In this document: positions 63,891-64,000 of the stretch, piece after piece
How positions within the stretch are numbered: the first letter of the stretch is position 1
How the letters are laid out: each line of letters opens with the position of its first letter
NCBI GenBank assembly: GCA_963775425.1
Contig: CAVZJB010000016.1
Location: 320,001-384,000 of the forward strand
Direction: 5' to 3'
Source: an uncultured delta proteobacterium
Lineage (GTDB): Bacteria; Myxococcota; UBA727; VGSZ01
DNA: 64,000 nucleotides
The notes under the pieces: generated by a model
Database searches by the model: none
Seen by the model: the letters and a program-made list of their open reading frames with translations, nothing else
Told to the model about the DNA's origin: nothing
Translations under genes and position numbers: made by a program

Positions 63891-64000
63891 TCACCCGCGC
63901 GGCTTCTTGTCCTTCGGCACCGGCGCGCCGCCGGAGTCCGTGGCGTCGCCGTCGACGTCGAACAGCGTGCGCATCTCCACGGTGGGGCCGGTCTCGAGCT
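63891..64000 (-). CDS. 3' end of an unidentified gene continuing beyond the window
   Basis: Open frame ...LETGPTVEMRTLFDVDGDATDSGGAPVPKDKKPRG-stop with typical codon usage. Confidence 0.5.
   Translation of the reverse strand, partial: LETGPTVEMRTLFDVDGDATDSGGAPVPKDKKPRG

Overview
Very GC-rich (by eye >70%) bacterial chromosomal segment. It is most consistent with a Myxococcota / deltaproteobacterial genome: there is an exact match to the Myxococcus-type LexA box upstream of dnaE2, two AgmX/PglI-type TonB-C proteins, a giant TPR protein and many Cys/Asp-rich lipoproteins. Core genes are thiolase, 3-hydroxybutyryl-CoA dehydrogenase, crotonase, purS-purQ-purL-purF, dnaE2, a pabB-like gene, a LeuD-LeuC-type fused dehydratase, xerD, glnD, an amidase, an AI-2E transporter, guaA and guaB. 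Interleaved are poorly characterised loci: (1) a ~4,900-aa alpha-solenoid protein with a degenerate zincin-like C-terminus; (2) a MerR-HTH + VIT-vWA operon with a perfect palindromic operator and a probably leaderless promoter; (3) an LPP20/FlgP-like + FlgT-like + FecR operon with no flagellar genes in the window; (4) a six-Ig + FG-GAP surface lipoprotein; (5) an L,D-transpeptidase-like gene split by a +1 frameshift at TTT-CGA and lacking its catalytic Cys; (6) a 14-bp perfect hairpin burying the purS SD and start codon. No rRNA, tRNA, CRISPR array or transposase was recognised. Most long ORFs in the supplied track are GC-driven shadow ORFs. All product calls come from reading motifs by eye; no database search was run.
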